Assembly (NCBI GenBank): GCA_011109175.1
Contig: RDEW01000011.1
Coordinates: 304,193-368,192 of the forward strand
From: Dicyema japonicum
Taxonomy: Eukaryota; Animalia; Dicyemida
Direction of reading: 5' to 3'
DNA: 64,000 bases
Under the pieces are notes generated by a model that searched no databases, was not told where the DNA came from, and worked only from the letters and a program-made list of their open reading frames with translations. The first letter of the stretch is position 1. Each line of letters begins with the position of its first letter. The position numbers and the translations under genes are program-made. Positions 11,572 through 25,519 of the stretch are shown here, piece by piece.

Positions 11572-12270
11572 TGCAGCACAATTCAAAATGACTGTTGGTC
11601 TATTGTTAGGATAACACAAATAATGCAAGCAAGGATTCAAATTAAAACGGAGCCTTTATTAATTTAATAAAATTAATATAAAATTTAATTTAGTAAAAAA
11701 ATAATAATTTATTAATCATTGTTATCACAGTTTGTTATCTATGCACATACTTTGTTATTGCTTAAATTGGTTGAATAAAATCTTAAAATGGAACCTTAGG
11801 AATATACAGCCTTAATCGGAAATTTCAAATTTATAAACACTTGCACGGTTTATTACATCATTTGTTTTTAAATTAGACTTACTACTAATAATAATTTTAA
11901 TCATCATTCATCATGATTGTGGCTTTTTGAAAGGGCATCACGTGTTCTGTTGGAATTTACATAATATTGTCATAACGCCAGGCAATTGTGATTGCCGGTA
12001 ATTGGCGGTTTTGTGATATGACTTAAGTGGTTACTGTCTATATAATCATTTCAGCATATGTCGCAGGATGACGTGAGTACTCATCATTATAATGACCTAA
12101 TAGAATCTTAAATAGATATTTAGAATATCGATTTACCTTTGTAGTGCTGAGTCACCAACATCATGAGTCACAAACATATTCGTGTCACTATACGAAGTTA
12201 AAAGTATTTTGAAGAAATTAAGATTTTCAAATAATTTGCCTTCTTAAAGAGAATGCCTTCTTAAAGAGAA

Positions 12271-12958
12271 TGAATTTCCAGCTTCAAGTAGATGGAGTGG
12301 AGCATGGCTTGGTGCAATACCTTGCCCAAACCTTGGGACCTTTTTGGACGACGATTCTTTGAGGATTGGAATCGGACAAAGGCTGGGACTAGACGTTTGC
12401 CAGAAGCACCGATGCCGATGCGGGAAAACAGTCGATGCGAAAGGATTGCCAGCTGTCCTGCAGAAGAAGCGCCGGAAGGGGACCACGTCATGCTGCTTTG
12501 AATGATGTGATCGTCAGAGCTCTGAAGGCTTCAGGCTTCCCAGCACAGCTTGAACCAGTGGGTCTTGATCGAGGAGATGGAAGAGACCTGACGGGATGAC
12601 CCTTTTCCCCTTCACGTCTGGAAGATCTTTGGTCTGGGACGCAACTTGCATAGACACGTTCTCAAGCACGAACATTTTTAAATCGGTTCAGACACCTGGA
12701 GCAGCTGCTTCGACTGCGGAAAACCTAAAAATCAAGAAATATTCTTGCCTCGGGGATCGCTACCGATTTACTCCTGTTGCGACCGAATCATCGGGAGCCG
12801 TTGGTCCAATGACGGCTGAATTCTTGCAAGAACTCGGAGGATTGCTTGCCAGAAAGAAAAGGGATCAACGAGAAGGGTTATGGCTAAGACAAAAGATTGG
12901 AATAGCCATACTCCGAGGGAACTCGTTCGCAATCCACGCAGCAGGCTTCCTCAACTGA
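12271..12958 (+). mobile_element. CRE-type retroelement 3' part (zinc knuckle + REL nuclease)
   Basis: [69 protein letters not shown]; REL ORF 12596-12958 is open. Confidence 0.9.
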
Positions 12959-13329
12959 CATTTGTTTAATTGTTAAAAAAAATTTTTTGTTTAAAAAAAT
13001 GAATTTCCATATATTTTTAGTCAAAGTGACAAGAAATGTGATCAAAGATATTATTAGCAACATATCTACAATCATATTAACTATCATCCTACATGTCCAG
13101 CTTTTGATGGATGATCTTTTGATTTCTTTCAATTTAGACTATAATTTGTCACCGTCAATTAATCATTTGGCTTACTGATTGACATCAGTCTCAAATATAT
13201 TATTATTAATTCAAGATGCGCCGAGAAAGTAGCCGAAAGGACCTGAAATGTTTGGACAACTCTTCGGAAGTGGAAAACAAAATGTTACATAAATTATTGG
13301 GACGTCATTTAACTTCAAAGGTAAAATTT

Positions 13330-14240
13330 CCCTAATTAACATACTTCCCCCCAACTGATCGTGCCCTAATAACTATCTTATTCCTGACATTATCTGCACT
13401 GTCTATTTGGACAACGTTATCATCTGTAGGGATAAGAATGCGAAGCACCAACTTTGGCTATCACGTCAACCCTCTATTACTTTCAAAGACGAGCTCACTG
13501 AAGATCATGAACGACCCATCAAGAAATAAAAGAACACCCTACAGGGTTACCGACCAACCAATTTCCCCGAAGCCTCTCTTTGCTCCTCTCCCTTGAGTGC
13601 AATCAAGTTAAAAAAAGAAACCGGAGGAAAGTCTCTTGGCACTACAATTACAATGTGCCGACTGGAGTCTCTACAGGTTAAATACTAATAATTTGCTGAG
13701 GAACCTATATCTATGTGGCTTCTCCTCTCTTGATAAAGCGATGGCCTATATTAACTGCATTGTCCTGGAGGCAATTGATATTTCAGTACTGAAGTGTCAT
13801 ACTAACCCTACCAGTGGGCATGGAAAGATTCCCTTGTCAAAATAAATAAATCCCTTAAAAGGATCAACTGGCCAACGAAAGAAATATAACTCAGGATTCG
13901 AATTCTAACCATAAAATCGCCCACAAAGACAATAAAGGTCATCCGCCTTCTTGTTGGTTAAGAGAAAACCGATGAACACGTGATTATCAAATGTGAGAAA
14001 GTCTAACTTCCTGAAAAGTCTCTCAGGACGACGGAGGGCCGGAAACCATCGATTCCTGAATTCTGTCTAAAAACAGTACATCGAACCATGAATCTCGTAT
14101 ATGTGTACTTTCTGGAGTCCGTTCATCTTTTGGACAAATTCATGAAGATCGAAGCCAGTCAAAAAAGGCTTTTAAAGTTACAGAACTATAAACATCTGGA
14201 ACTCTCCATTCCTCTGGATTTCCTAATCCGCATGAATTAG
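13330..14240 (+). mobile_element. Highly decayed APE-type LINE relic
   Basis: PDIICTVYL APE-like segment and scattered LINE-like residues; many stops. Confidence 0.45.
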
Positions 14241-14439
14241 AAAAGCTTATAAATACGGCAAACATTTTTTAACCTCAAAACTTGAAAAAAAATTTAACCT
14301 TAAAAGGTCATTTTTATTAACCTATAAACCAAACTTTTTAACCTTAAAATACAAAAAATTAACTTTATTCTCAATTTACACGTGCAAAATATAGATACGA
14401 AGCAATAAAAGACAACTGTTGTTTCAAACAAAATTACGT

Positions 14440-15300
14440 AATGGACATTACGCAATTTCCAGATTTCGAGTCAAAAGTTTCTGTTTGTCCTCAAAAAACT
14501 CTTGAATTGCGAAAAAAAATTTTCGACAGATGCCGAGGATGGCTGAGAGTTTAGAAGATACGAATAACCTTCAGGAGAGACATTTTTACATTCCATATTG
14601 ATAATTTTAGTTAGGTCGCTTTCCAAAATTCTCTTTTCCAAATATTTTTGACCCCTGTTTCATCTTTTCCAAAATCTTTCGCACTAAGCGTCGAATGTAC
14701 GTACTCCATTGTACAGTCGTTACTTTCAAATTTTAATATTTTGTTCTATGTACTATAATAACAACCTGGAATGTGTGAATAGTTATGCGAAATAGCGCAT
14801 AAGCTCTGTACTATTTTTTCACCTTTCAATGCATTCTTTGTAGAAGTTCTAAAATGCCTTTGTCCTCAATTAACTCAAAAATGTTAATCACTGGGATTAA
14901 ATTTTTTGAATAAAAAGATGCAGCCTTCAAACTATCTCGTCACATGACTTTGGGAGAAATTCCAATTTCGGAAAAATGACAAGCATAAAATTATCCCGTT
15001 TAACCATTAGACTTCGGATCGAATCAGACTCAGACTCAATTGGTTTGAATGAGACCAAATAAGTAATTTCAGGCGGTTTGATTGATCTCATCAAAACTAT
15101 AAGTATAAATTAAAATCCGAACTGTTGCTTAGGATGTTTCCCTACCAGTTTGAATCCGTGTTATTCATGTCCCGGGTAAAGTTTAGATATTGTTCCTGAA
15201 ACTGCTACAGGTTTGATATAAAGAAAATGATATATTGGGTCTAGAAGATCTCCAACATTCACTGTCTGACAAGTTTCAAGACTATTTTTGCTAAGAATTA
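14440..15300 (-). mobile_element. hAT transposase relic (C-terminal dimerisation motif)
   Basis: QPSSASVENFFSQFKSFLRTNRNF resembles the hAT S-SVERSFS motif; upstream extent uncertain. Confidence 0.55.
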
Positions 15301-16095
15301 TAGTTCATATCCCCCATTCCTTTAATACCTATCCCGTCAGCTCAGTTGGCGCACAATGAAACCGTTTGAAGTGCTCTTTAACCTGGTTTTGATCCTTGTT
15401 TGGAACATCGATGCCCACATGGGAGAACAGTAAACTCGCAAACCTGAACCCAATGTCGTGTAAACAAAGTGTTGTAAGATTCCCTACATATTTCACCTTG
15501 AAAGCATTTATCAATAAGCAATGGAGGACCCTGGCTTCATTTGCCAACTAGAGCCTATAGGCCTTGACAAAAAATATGAGCGGAAATAAAAAAAATGTTT
15601 TGCGTGGGACATCGCCTGCTCGAACATTTTGCCGCCAATGTGGTTAAAGAGATAGCAATTGCTAGCAGAGATTCTTCTCAGGCGATTTCTGTAGAGACGT
15701 CTCAAGTGCTCGATGCCAAAAAAATAGAATTTGCTGATTGGTCAGACGTCTTGCAGGATCGTGGAAGGGGAAGTTTATAATGGCATGGGAGTAACTCTCA
15801 ATCCTTACTCAGTAAGTTAAGATAATCTGAGCTATTATTAACTTTTTTAAAATAATAATTAGGTACAAAATGAAATTCGTCAAAATAATCCGCGACTTGA
15901 GGAAACCGTTAGAGTGGACCAAGAATGACGCAATTGCTCTTCCAAAACATTCTCTAAATTTGTTTTAAAGGCATTCTATTATTTTACTTTTTCAATATAA
16001 AAATTCATCAATTTTATTTTTTCCCTTGAAAATTAAGCATTTAAATTTATGAAAATAAATAATTTATATGTTAGTAATAAACACGTGACTAATAT

Positions 16096-17317
16096 TAGAA
16101 ATAAATGATGTGTTTAATTCCTATGCCGCCAATCATATTGTCAAATGCCTTCTGAAAATCATCAATGAAGTATCGATGGGTTATTAAAGAACTAACATTA
16201 ACTTGGCCTGTTTTAATAAGATCTATTGCCGTGGGATAACTGATTTGAGTTTATATTATACTTATTATATGTTCTACAATATCCTCTGACCTGCAGGTTT
16301 TTGAGAGCAATATTTTGAGCTGACATCGTCCCTCCAGCCAGTCCAACTAATGTCAGTACTCCGCCATCCATAGTCGCCTAAAATAAATTGATTATTGAAC
16401 ATTCATTAAACTTTCAATGCTCGAACTGATTCCACAACAGTCAATAGAAACGTCAGCCATATCTCCTAATTCTTCAATTATTCTGTTTGATGTCGTCTGA
16501 GGGGGATCCTCTTTCTTCACCACGACACCGCAGTTGGCTCCATTATTCATAGCAAATATCAGTCTCTCCTCAAGGACATCTATTTGACAGAAATATCTAC
16601 CTGTTATGCACACACGTGACACACCACATGCCCTGGCCACCATTGCACATAAAATTCCAATCGGTCCTGACTTTAATTTTCCCATAAACCTGCTCCTCCT
16701 ATTACTATCTTCTGTCCAAACGAAATACCAGCCAATTTACAAATACCCACAGCAATTGAAAGAGGCTGAACCATGGCTCCATCATCGAACGACATAGAGT
16801 CGGCAATTCTACGCTAAACTCGTGAAACTAACTTATAACAGCATAAGGCACTCTGAACATGATACTCAGTAAGGGCTCCATCAGTGTCGATCCCTCCAAT
16901 ATACTTAAAGCACGTGCAAATGTTACATTTTCCGTTTTTGCAGAAACGGCATTCCTTACAAGGAATTATAGGTTCGATGGCGACTCGGTCTCCTAAAAAT
17001 GGTTCATCGGATTACCAGGTTTTATATTTGTTACGTTTTTTCCAATCTCCTGAACGACTCCAGCCGGTTCATGGCCAATACGAAGAGGTCGAACATTCTT
17101 TTCGCTTCCTATTCCGTTATTTTTCCATAAGGTTATGTCAGACCCACAAACCCCGACAGAATGGATCTTTATTTTGGCTTCTAAAGTAAATTATGTGAGT
17201 TGACCGTTGTCCCCAACAGCTTGGACAGGTTGATTTTCCTACAAAATATTACCTTCGACGTACAATTCTGAGATCATATGCATCATACAAAACCAGGCTT
17301 TTCGACATTGTACCCAT
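16096..17317 (-). CDS. SORD: Zn-dependent sorbitol/polyol dehydrogenase (MDR family), 8 introns
   Basis: VGVCGSD, GHEPAG, GDRVAIEP, CKECRFCKNGKCNIC, GAGPIG, LITHRY. Splices in frame with GT-AG introns of 25, 24, 23, 24, 23, 21, 22 and 20 nt. Confidence 0.9.
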
Positions 17318-17669
17318 CAGATCAATCCATTTTTAAACGAAATGGCTTATAATTTCACTACTGACCACAAAAATACGCGTGGAATGCAACACTACTATTT
17401 GGTTTTGTTGCAAATAATGATGAAAGCTATTATCATGGACTTTTAATTGATTTGGTTTGCATAATTGCTTTTTTCTCCACCTCCACAGTCCGCAAACGGT
17501 CTTGAGACGTAATATCAACTTCTATGATAGGGATTTGGCCAGAATCCTTATAGTGTACCACAATGTCCGGTTTATTGTGCTTGACTAGCACCGAAATACG
17601 GGTAGCGCTGTCTACTTTGATTTGAACCCTGGTGTTCTATACTACAGATTGCACCTTATGAGTCCACCG

Positions 17670-17890
17670 AGAGTCATACAGCGGTCGCCATGACTGCGTG
17701 GTTATTTCCTCTCAGGATGGCGAACGAGATTCGCCTAAATAGCCACCAGCGCTCATGTGGATCTCCTGGTCGTGTAGAAATCCGATTCCATAGATGACTT
17801 AGGAATTCCAGCGTCGTAGACGCAAGGGAACCGGACGTTTCAACCGAGAACGGAACAAACAGAAAATCCTCGGATTATTTAGATGCGATG
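17670..17890 (-). mobile_element. CRE-type REL 3' fragment
   Basis: Homologous to 56640-56900 (F-PFSVETSG, ISTRPGDPHER-WLF-RISFAILRGN). Confidence 0.75.
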
Positions 17891-18855
17891 CGTGAAAATA
17901 GTCACGGGTTTCCCAATATAGAGGGAATTGAGGAGTGCAATATATCTTCGTTTCCTATGTAATTCTATTCTTAATTTCTATTATCCTACACGTGCAGTTT
18001 CTAATAGATATTTTCAATTTTGACCAGAAGAGGTTCAAATCCGGCGACTTTGGGTTTCTGATTTCTTACGAGTTTGTAAACTCGTCAATGTTTAAGAGAA
18101 GAATAAAATATAGATATTCGTCTCCCATGGAGCTATGTAGACATTTTTAATAATGTCAAAATTCACTACTCTATTTTTTATTTCTTCAATCTTTGAGAAC
18201 TTTTTTTCAAGGTGCTTAAAGTAATCCACCAAAAATGACTAATTTATCGATCACCTTTAAAAGCTCGGAAGAGGTTAGAAGAGTTATTAAGGAAGTCACC
18301 AATAAAATTGCGATTGTGACGAGATTCATGGATGGGCTTCACAGCGCCTGGAAATTGCCCACTGTCTCTTGGGAGTTGTACCCTGATTTGTTGTCAAAGA
18401 ATAAATTTGCTGATTATTAAATGCAATTCGATGATAGAATGTCAATATGTGGATTACAACCTCACTTCTGTACAGGAGATGCAACTGAGCAAATCCAAAA
18501 ATTAGATTTCTGAAGATTTATGGGTATAGAAAATATTCGGGGTCAATATTTTCTGTCAATAAATTTTTACTCGTTTCAAAAATAGGAAAACCACATATTT
18601 TGTAGTGACCGTATTGCGCATATGTATCTTCCTAAAAATACCCAGTGGAGATGAGTTTTTTGTAGGGAAATTGTTAGTTAAAGACTAAATTTTTAACCTG
18701 AAGCTTCCAGACAGACAAGTCAATATAGTTTTTGACTTTTGAAAACTTTAGATGGGGTATTAAATACATGTGATCTATTCGTGTCCATTCAAAATGGCCT
18801 CCAATTAAATTTTCAGGTTTTGGATAAGTTCATCACGAGATTTTAGCGAAACGAT

Positions 18856-19110
18856 ATCTTTAGGTAAAAAGTCATTTTTTTAAATCTTATAAAAATTGAT
18901 TTTAAGGGTCCTATGGGTAAGTGGAACAATTTACCAAGGTCCTCAACATCTTTAGGTAAAAAGTCATATTTTTTAAATCTTATAAAAATTGATTTTAAGG
19001 GGTCCTATAGGTAAGTTGACCAAGGTCCTCAACATCTTTAGGTAAAAAAGTCATCTTTTTTAAATCTTATAAAATTAATTTTAAGGGGTCCTATGGGTAA
19101 GTGGAACAAA
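18856..19110. repeat. ~85-90 bp tandem repeat, 3 copies
   Basis: Unit tctttaggtaaaaagtca..aaatcttataaaa..ttttaagggtcctat-ggtaagt..ccaaggtcctcaaca. Confidence 0.9.
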
Positions 19111-19320
19111 ATGAAAGAACTTATGAATACGTCGGTTTTTTATGGTCGAGACAACTGGAGGAATAAGTGGAAAATTGCTTTGCTTTCTAAAGAAACTTGG
19201 ACGCCTAGCTACACTAAAAAGCCACGATGCAAGTGAGACCCGGTGGTTCTCCAGTTGTTCTCTGTTGCAATCGTGATAGGCAACGCAACGTCGATAATGT
19301 CAGCGGGGTCCACTTTAGAT
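19110..19320 (+). mobile_element. CRE-type REL extreme 3' fragment
   Basis: Close match to 23590-23790 (aagaaacttgga-gcctagctacactaaaaa..ggcaac..cgtcgat-atgtc-gcggg). Confidence 0.8.
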
Positions 19321-19599
19321 GGTTAGCTGTGTCAATTTAAATACATTATTGATTGTTTTTTAGAATTATATTCACTTAAAATATGATTAGTTTGTCCATA
19401 AAAATTCCATTATAACTTGCCGGCACTGAACTTGCAATGGGGTAATCTTGTAATTAATTATTCGATAAAGCTGTTATATTTCAAAGAGGTGATCGAATGA
19501 TCATGATTTTAACAGCATTAAAACAATTTTGGTCAGTTATATTTAAAATCGCCAAATGGGATTCGAACTAGCGATCTTATAAAATGTACACGAACGATA

Positions 19600-22464
19600 C
19601 AAAAATATAAAGCAACGCACCCTCTTCGCTTTCCTTTTATGAAGCAGGCATAAGCCCTATGGGTGGGCTAGCCAGCCAACTTTCAATAACCACACAAGCG
19701 ACGGTAGTCACCAGCCAAGTAGTCGAAACTATCAGCCAGCCTGCCATTTCCAAAATAACTTTCTATTTATAACAGACTATTAATATTTATAATGTGTCTA
19801 CTAACCAAATTTTTATCAACTCTTAATAAACCGAGACTGAAGTCATCAATAAACAAATAATTGAGTGTATTCAATCTCCTATGTCACGGACGCAGATGAC
19901 GGGTATTTTAGCACACAAGTCCATCGAGAATTATAGTTGTGGGGCATAGATTCTTCTAAGCGTTCCTTCTGAGCGTGTGAATTGTTCCCGTGCATTAACC
20001 ATGTGGAAGATTCCGTAATGTCCGTATCTGTTTCTTGGAAGCATTCAAAGAGAGTTGAAGACTTCCTTTTTATTTGTTCAATTAGGTATTCATTTTGTAA
20101 TCCTTGTATAATTTTAACATTTAGGCTCTCTGGTTGTTCAATGCTATATTTCCGAGTTAGGAATTCTACGATTGTGGCCATATGTTTTTTTTGATTTAAT
20201 GACCCGTAGAATTCCTGCTCTTCTTGGGCACCAATAGGATTTTGATTTCTGAGAAATTGAAAAAGCATACGTTCGCTCTTATGGGTTATAGAGACCAATC
20301 CTCTTCCTAGTCTGTTCCTTGGCATATAAAGTCTTTCTTTATTAGAAGGTTTCAGATGAATTCGATGACTTGTAAGTATCCCGCGTATTTTTTTATCAAT
20401 GTTCTCGAATTCGTTTGAATCGATATCGACAAGTCCGATGTAGTAATTATATAGTGACAGTGCATGTTCGTTGATGGCCTTGAACATGTTAGCAGAGTTA
20501 AGTTTCGTATCTGCTAAATAATTTATTCTCTTGTTCATCGTATCAAAAATTGCCTTCAATACATCATTCTTCAAAACACTGCTTGACTTATCTTCAAGCA
20601 CTCCCAGGTAACCATCAAGTCCATCAAGTAACCTTGCCTCCTCAGGTGAAATTCGTACATTTGTTGCTGACTTATCAAAATTCTTTTCAGGTCCAGCAGC
20701 TTCAAAAAAGCATTACTTGATTCATCATTCTTACAATGTATTCTCTCTATAGAAAAATAGTTTTAAATCATCCATAAACAATAGATGATTTGTTGCGTAT
20801 GAGATTGACATCCGATCTGGATTGTTAATTATCACTTTCGGAAAATTTTCACTTAATGATTTGCTTAACACATCCATCACAAGGACAAAGATCTGAGGGG
20901 ACAGTGATCCCCCTTTTGACTTTCACTACTCAATCATTTTCTGGCTAAATGTCAATTTAATCAATCATTTAGTTACCAAGTTTTTAATAAAATTAACGAT
21001 CCAAACAGGCAATCCAGATGTCTCAAGTACTTTATTCAGGAAATCATGATCCACGGAATCAAAAGCCTTTTAACGTCTAGGCAGTAGCCAAATTATTTCC
21101 GTTCTTCTAATTGATACACTGATTTAAGAGTACTTGCTCTATGGCCCTTGACAGAATCTACAAGTTCCCAGTTGGTTGTCACTAATCAGTCTATATGCTT
21201 CAATGTAGTCTGATAGTTTCCTATTCACACATTTCGTTGTCAGCTTGTACATACTTGGCATACAGGTAATAGGTCTCAAGTCTTTTGGAGACTCACAATT
21301 AACTTTTTTCGGGATCATTTTAATCATATTGAGGATGAATTCTTAAGTGAAATTAGCATGCATTTCTTCAGAGCCTGTAGAGTTCTTATTTAATTGCAAG
21401 ACTTTTTCCTCATTGTCTTGTTTATTCCAGATGTTCTCCCAGAATGCGAGGCACTCATTTTCATTAAAGCCAAACTTGGCTTTTTCATGTTCTCATTCAG
21501 ATTCCTGTAAAAGTACCTCCTATTAAGTTCAAAGCACCAATTCTTCTTTTAAATTCGTTTTTGACTGATGAGTTTTTAGTTTCTTTTTCTAAGACTTTGA
21601 TTTCATCTTGGATACAAGATGCAATTCTTCCAATTTCTCCCTTCTTTGATTTTGAAATCCATATCTCTGGTTTCTTCGTCATAACTTTGGTTTGATTTCT
21701 GCTCTCCAATTGTTTGGATTTGTACCATTCTCTTCTTCAATTCAATCAGTTTCAACTCAATATGGTGACTCCAATTACTCTTTTTTCTTGTAGATATTGA
21801 GAGAGTTTCATAAAAACATTGGCCAGCATAAACGATATCAGTTATATCGTTTAAATTTACAGTAAGATTAGATTTCATATATTCATAGATCGCTGAATTA
21901 ATTCCTCCTAAAAGATCCTTTTTAAAGAGCTGGTAAGGAATTTTCTTAGTTGGTTTCCGTAAATCACGAAGAATCAATTTAATTTTCCCAATTTGTAGAG
22001 AAAATTCGTTATAGCATCTTGTAATTGGAAATTTCGGTTGAAGGGTTTTGGGAAATTTTATTCGATAAAATATCTGCTCTTCTTTCTTTAGGTTTCAATA
22101 GCATTTGTAAATTTGAAGCTGATTTATTGCATTAATATTTATTATTAAAGGCTTTGATTATAATTGGCCATCCACCACGGTGAATTCTATCAAACCTATT
22201 AAGAGCTTCTTGGACTACTTCATTTATCCTCTCAACTTTATCTCCCTGCTTTACTTGGTCAACAATTGCAAGACGAGGTAGTAGTTTGGAAGAGAGATCA
22301 GGTTGTGCATCCGTAGGAGATTCATTAATAAATTTCTGGGTTTCATACATCCCGGGGACCTCTTTCTCTTCATTCTTATTGAGTTTTCCATCATTAATTT
22401 TCGTAAATAGGTCCTTGGAACTTGCTTCACAAACATTTGCTAAAATAAACATGCACCACACCAC
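19600..22464 (-). mobile_element. R4/Dong-like non-LTR retrotransposon, decayed
   Basis: DLRPITCMPSMYKL, NQLGT, HLLFMDDLKL, ERLYMPRNRLGRGL; stops and frameshifts; 3' boundary approximate. Confidence 0.85.
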
Positions 22465-22499
22465 AAGAAAAGTTAATATTTTCCTGTTGAAAATAAACC

Positions 22500-22661
22500 T
22501 CTTATTTAAAAGTTATATAAAAATATTAAAAAAGATGACTTTTTACCTAAAGATGTCAAACATTGTAAAATATCTCGTGATGTTTATTGATGATCTTATC
22601 CAAAACCTGAAAAAATTAATTGGAGGCCATTTTGAATTGGAACCGATCGATTTAATAGATC
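22500..22661 (-). repeat. Inverted copy of the 18772-18900 repeat
   Basis: ttaaaaaagatgactttttacctaaagatg and cttatccaaaacctgaaaa..ttaattggaggccattttgaat match the reverse complement of 19033-19063 and 18790-18840. Confidence 0.85.
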
Positions 22662-22789
22662 GCTAACAGAGTTCGACATCTTTGCCAATCGAAGTAAAGA
22701 TCTGAAGGTTTGATACTCAGGATTTTTCTCTTCAAAAAGATCGCACTTGTGAGCTAGAGTTCTTTTGGAACGACAAAATTGTTGAAAGG

Positions 22790-23790
22790 GATCTTTTTAC
22801 CATCTCCCTGGCCAAATCCACTGGTGAAGATTACCAATGTCTAAACTTTTCCGTAGAAGAATGAAGTTACCCGTTAGCTTGGGTGGACTGGGAATCCTTT
22901 CACCTAAAGATTTGGCTTGCCCAGCGTATCTGTCCTCCTTGTGCTCTAGCCGCCTACTGATCAGGATGATTCTCCAAATCCAAACAGAATCGTCTGAAGT
23001 ACAGATATGGAGCATTTGAAAGTGACGATGCCTAAGCAGAAAGACCGTCACAGGACCATCTGCGAAGATAAATATGAGAAGGCTTCTGAACCAATCAAAC
23101 CAACACAGACGTCCCTGTCGAGTCACTGGAAGATGCGAATGGAGTGGTGCTTGAATCAATGCCCTCCCAGTTGGTAGCGTTGGGACACTTTGATGACGAT
23201 CTGTCCGCACCGGTATCTCCATCATACTTGGACTGAAGATTTGCCAGAGTCACAAGTGCCGGTTCTATAAAACCGTCGACTGTTATGGAGATCATTCCTT
23301 TTTTTGTCGAAGAAGTGCATGATGATTCCCAAGACATAAGGCGATCAACGGAATTGTTAAGCGAGCCCTGAGTCTGATAGCTACCCCTCCATATTTGAAC
23401 CTTTTGGCTTGGACAGAGGAGACGGAAAACGGCCAGACAACATCACAATCTTTCTATTCATAGATGGAAAACCTTTGGTATATAATGCAACGTGCGTCGA
23501 CTCCCTTTTCCCATCCAACATCGGGGGCGCGGTAGACACAGTGTATGCCGCGGAAAAACAATGTGGGCAAAGGAAAAAATACGAAGCGCTACGCGATCGA
23601 TTCACGTTTTTCCCCATTTTTGTTGAGACAACAGAAGGAATAAGTAAGAAATCGCTTTGTTTCTAAAGAAACTTGGAAGCCTAGCTACACTAAAAAGGCA
23701 AGACGCACGTGAGACTCAGTGGATACTTCAGTTGATCTCTTGCGTTCTCTAGAGGCAACCTAACGTCGATTATGTCGGCGGGACCACTTT
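22790..23790 (+). mobile_element. CRE-type retroelement 3' kilobase
   Basis: LPVSLGGLGILSPKDLA, LDRGDGKRPDNITIF..GKPLVYNATCVDSL. Confidence 0.9.
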
Positions 23791-24661
23791 TAATTGATTT
23801 TTTTATTTTGTTTTTTAATAAACTGTATTCATTTAAAATTCAAAAAATAAGGTTTTTCACAAAAGATAAAATATTCACAGCGAATGTATGTGAATCCCTA
23901 CGAGATAGTTCGCTTAAAATCAATGTTCGGCTTTAAATTGATTTTCTAAATCCTATTCTGCCAAAAATGTAATTGCCTAATCCAGAGATTACCGAACAAC
24001 CGACTGCTGCATCATTTTTCTGGAGCCTCAAGCAATACCTAAAAATATATGTACTCATTAAATTTAGTTATTCAAACTTATAAACTTAAATTTCTCATAG
24101 CCTAAGTTTTTGGGAGAGACTTTTATTTATAGATTAATTTGAGTTTTCAACATTTAATAGATTCACATAGTATCTGTTTAACATTCTGTAAAAAACACCG
24201 AATCCCCTGTTCTTCTGCTTTTCGTAGCTATCAAGGCAGAAATCTTTCAAAAAAGACTTAGTTCAATAAATTCCAGAAGCTTTTTGGGCAGTGAAAAGTA
24301 AAGACTAATTTGGAGGTTATTTAAAAATATTCTGGCCCGCGTTCTACACCTAAATCCCAGAATAAAAGTTTGGCGACTCATGATTTAATCAGTCAAGGAA
24401 TGTGGTAGATAATTCCAGGATGTCTCATTTGCAAGAGAATGTCCTGATTATTATGCATATTGGACTTACAATGACTGGACTACTGTTTTTTTAATAACTC
24501 TGGAAATACCTGAAACAATTATCAACTTCCTCCTGAGTAAGACGTATCTATCCAGTATCACGTTCACTCATATCCGCCATTGTAGGAATCCCTCCACTGG
24601 AGTAGGTAAAAAAGATTTTTTTGATGCAGACAAGGACTAGGCGTTTCATGAGTCAGGTGGA

Positions 24662-25111
24662 TAGGGACGTGCCTAGAGGGTATAGGGGCAGCCGACCTGG
24701 GCAGCACGCTGTATGGGGCAGCAGATCAAAGTCATATAGTTCACGTTATTAAGCTATACTAATTTTTTCTGATCTTTTTTCATCATAGACAAGATCGACT
24801 GCTAGCGATCACCGTGTTCTATTGACAGCGCTGAAGACTTTGAGCGCACGGATTTTAATAGATGGCAGGTGCGTGTTCGCTGTGAAATTCCATGTCAAAT
24901 CAACTTTATTGACAGCAAAAAACGATTGGATATCGATTAATTAACTTTGTTTATAATAATTTAAATAATAAATCTAACTCTTACTTGATCTTTTATTTAT
25001 TCATTCTCATGTGTGATTAACAACCATAATTTTAGTCACGATTTTTTAGTTATAATGGGCATTATTACCATACACTCGTCCCGGGCAGCAGAAAGCTTTG
25101 GCACGCCCCTG
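24662..25111. mobile_element. hAT-type MITE, 450 bp
   Basis: Imperfect TIRs tagggacgtgcc / ggcacgcccctg; degenerate 8-bp TSD caggtgga (24654-24661) / caagtgaa (25112-25119); related inverted copy at 29090-29348. Confidence 0.75.
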
Positions 25112-25519
25112 CAAGTGAATACCAAAACTCCCCTAAGGAATTGAAGAAGGTAAAAAGTGGACCTATTTCAAAGGGTGGACCCTTCGATATTTCAACATAA
25201 CTGTCTGCCTTATTTTTTATTATTTTTCAGAATCCTTAAAAAATCTTTGTTCTAAAAAGTAAATTGAAGGTCTGATTTTTATTTTCGATAATGCCTGTAT
25301 TTATCCTTTTCTTTATTTGCCTCTTTACTAACCATTTATCAATCCAATAGATAATTACTAAGTACATGGAGAATATATGTTTCCAGAGGGGGTGATAATG
25401 GGCAATTTTATTGAGTCGGATTAAGATAAGGTTTGATAGTATTATCCAGATTTTTAAGAAAAATGCTTCTTTATTTGCTAATGTTTAAGAAAGTGATTAT
25501 TATAAGCAGGATTACATAA

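Noticed and set aside
12069-12170. AP-1/CRE sites upstream of CK1 (two TGAGTCA, one TGACGTGA)
   Set aside because: Short words expected by chance, about 500 bp from the ATG, with no conservation evidence available.
15500-15960. RING-like or kinase-like gene
   Set aside because: Only short, inconsistent frames; no complete motif could be assembled on either strand.
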